This document shows positions 61,330 to 64,000 of a stretch of DNA of 64,000 nucleotides, one piece after another. Both the position numbers and the translations under genes were made by a program. How positions within the stretch are numbered: position 1 is the first letter of the stretch; each line of letters opens with the position of its first letter. Below the pieces are notes generated by a model. The model had not been told where the DNA came from. It worked only from the letters and a program-made list of their open reading frames with translations, and made no database searches. The stretch is from Squalus acanthias (Eukaryota): the NCBI GenBank assembly GCA_030390025.1, contig CM059432.1, positions 132,372,001-132,436,000 on the forward strand, read 5' to 3'.

Positions 61330-62145
61330 CAGGTGCTGAGCCAAAGAAGCAGAGAATAGGCAGGGTGCCCAAAATCTTGGTCAAAGAGGTGGGTTTTAAG
61401 GAGGGCATTAAAGTAGGAGAGTGAGGTGGAGGTGGAGAGGGGCAGGGAGGAAAATCCAGAGCCTTAGGACGTTTTATTACGTTAAAGGCGCTATATAAAT
61501 GCAAGTTATTGTTGTTGTAGACGGTTGAAGGCACGGCCGTCAATGATGTGGTGAAGGGATGGGGGCTGCACAAGAAGCCTGAGTTGGAGGAACGCAGAGT
61601 TCTGGGGGGAGGGGGTTGTAGGGCTAGAGAAGGATACAGAGATAGGGAGGAGTTAAGCCACGAATGGATTTAAATGCGAGATGAGAATTTAAAATTGTCG
61701 GCACTGGGGGACGAAGAGCCAATGTAGGTTATCAAGGAGTGGGACTTGGTGTGGGATAAGATTGGATGAGCTGAACTTTATGGAGGGTGGAGGATGGGAG
61801 GTGAGCCAGGAGGGTATTGGAATAGTTGATCTGGAGGTGACAAAGGCGTGGATCAGAGTTTAAGCAGCAGTTGGAATGAGACAGAGGCAAAGACGGCCGA
61901 TGTTGCAGAAGAGAAAGAAAGTAGGCAGTCTTTGCGATTGAGAGGATTTGATGTCAGAAGCTCAGCTTGGGACCGAACAGGACACCAAAGTTGTGAAGAG
62001 TCTGGTTCAACCTGAGACAGTGGCTGGGGAGGGAGATGGAATCGATAGCAAGGGTACGGAGTTTTTGGCGGGGTCGGAGGACAATGGCTGCGGTCCAAGA
62101 CTGGATGCTGGACAAGCAGGCTGACAACACAGAAGCAATGGAGGG
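61330..62145 (-). mobile_element. degenerate L2 fragments
   Basis: Similar to the reverse complement of the L2 3' region seen at 19900-20460 and 43078-43620. Confidence 0.7.
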
Positions 62146-62210
62146 GTTGCGTCATTTATGAAAACTTTACAACATTCCTTGAAACCCTTCCCTTCCACCT
62201 TAAAGTTGCA

Positions 62211-62388
62211 GGGGGGTAATTGGTCTTGGGAGGGAGTGTAGAATGGGCAATAGCAAATCAACAGCTGGTTTTACACCTTGCCCGAATTTTTGTTCAACAA
62301 TGAAAAAGAAAATTGGTCGCAGTGTAAAAAGGGCTGCCGGTTCACTAGTTCCCTTTTTGCGCTACCTCACAAGACCAATTTCACACCC
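62211..62388. mobile_element. short Harbinger-type MITE
   Basis: Ends ggggggtaattggtcttg / caagaccaatttcacaccc. Confidence 0.55.
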
Positions 62389-62486
62389 ATAGAATCTTGA
62401 CTCCGACCTGCATTAAGAAATGCTTGGCTAATACCTTGGAGGTTTGTGGTGGATCACGATCTCAGGTCCACACTCAAGACCGGGGT

Positions 62487-62903
62487 AAAAAGAAAGACTT
62501 GCATTTATATAGCGCCTTTCACGACCTCAGGACGCCCCAAAGTGCTTTACAGCCAATTAAGTATTTTTGAAGTGTAGTCACTGTTGTAATGTGGGAAATG
62601 CAGCAGCCAAGTTACGCACAGCAAGCTCCCGCAAACAGCAATGTGATAATGACCAGATAATCTGTTTTAGTGATGTTGATTGAGGGATAAATATTGGCCA
62701 GGATACTGGGGATATCTCCCCTGCTCTTCTTTGAAATAGTGCCATGGGATCTTATACGTCCACCTGAGAGAGCAGACGGGGCTTCGGTTTAATGTCTCAT
62801 TTGAAAGACGGCAGCTCCGACAGTGCAGCACTCCCTCAGCACTGCACTGGAGCGTCAGCCTAGATTTTGTGCTCAAGTCTCTGGAGTGGGACTTGAACCC
62901 ACA
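62487..62903 (-). mobile_element. SacSINE1-like DeuSINE
   Basis: Resembles the reverse complement of 29926-30322. Confidence 0.85.
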
Positions 62904-64000
62904 AATTAATAAGTGTTATTAATTTGTTTAACACAATAAGACAAAATCAGCGCTTTAAACTACAAATGCACACCTCAGCTGTCAATGACCTCCTGTAAAT
63001 GGCATTTTAAAGAACTGCCTTAAACTACAACAGTTCTCTTTTTAAAGATGAACCTCACTATTCTCACCACTGTAATATCACACAATCCAGGAAGAATTGA
63101 AATGCACTTGGGAATGTTTAGGAAGTTTACATCACAATTTGGAGTTGTCATTTAAAAACAATAGTTTTATTTCTATCCTGAGTTTCCCAATTTTTGTCCA
63201 TCAGCTCACCTCCGCCGGGAGCAAAGAACAATCTAAGATCCTTCCGTACAAACACAAAAAGACTTTTAAACATATTGTGCTTTTCCCTTTTTATATTTTG
63301 ACATGAATTGTGATGTATGAATACTAACGTTTGATACTTTTTTTTGGTTTGATTTATTTTACTGAACATTGAAAAGACTCGGAAATTACTGTTATGGTAT
63401 GAAAGCTTAACACATTTGTTTCAAATGCCCCTCTCCGCTATTTTAATGGATACGTTAACTCATTTAATATTCCCATTAAAATAGCAGAGAAATTTCATAC
63501 GAGCGCATTAAGCATTTGTACAATAATATCGTTTCCTGTCATTTCCAGGGTTTCTGCAACTTAAGTTAAAAATCATGTATATCTGTTCAGAATGGCAAAA
63601 CTGGGTGGCATGGTAGGTTGGAAGACTTTTGACCTCTGGGACCTGTTTTTGAATCCAGCTCAGACAGAGGGGATGAAAGCTTCCCTTCTCTGATGGCTTT
63701 CAGCAGCTTTGAGCAAAACACGTCTGGGCAGACTCATTCCAGCTCCCAGTGGACTCGACCACACAGAACCTTCCATCATGTGGGAAACTAATTGGGGAAA
63801 GATGACTGGGAATGTGGCACTGGCGGTGATATAAGTGGGGGCCACTACTCTGAAGATTTGGCTCCAGGGACATTGTGAGGAGACTCCTGCACTGCATTAA
63901 TATCAAATCCTTATGGTCATTTTATTGGGTGGGCATAAGACAGGAGAAAAAAAATAGTTACATCATCAGGGAAACGTTAAAAGTTCACTGGTAGTCTAGT

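Noticed and set aside
52000..64000. SLC35B3, the neighbour of EEF1E1 in mammals
   Set aside because: No multi-pass transporter-like exons recognised in the window

Overview
Vertebrate genomic DNA, most likely a cartilaginous fish (shark), judged from the HE1/V-SINE, SacSINE1-like DeuSINE and HER1/CR1-type repeats. One host gene is clear: EEF1E1 (AIMP3/p18) on the minus strand, with four phase-0 coding exons (16867-16772, 8493-8293, 6242-6147, 249-109; 177 aa) and a CpG-island/CCAAT promoter near 16.9 kb. The rest is mostly nested mobile DNA. It includes many CR1, L2 and RTE LINE fragments and SINEs, and a near-intact CsRn1-type Ty3/Gypsy element (23208-27543; tRNA-Trp PBS, 4-bp TSD). It also holds a local PIF/Harbinger family: two long two-gene copies, one decayed copy, three internal-deletion derivatives and several MITEs. 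Smaller items are hAT MITEs, Penelope-like remnants carrying minimal hammerhead ribozymes, and a decayed Crypton-like tyrosine-recombinase fossil in EEF1E1 intron 3. The most striking items are a perfect 172-bp palindrome with a hammerhead core on each strand and a 12-bp TSD (42299-42470), and Harbinger derivatives that keep both convergent promoters and start regions, one of them just upstream of the EEF1E1 promoter. All family assignments come from motifs read by eye, not database searches.
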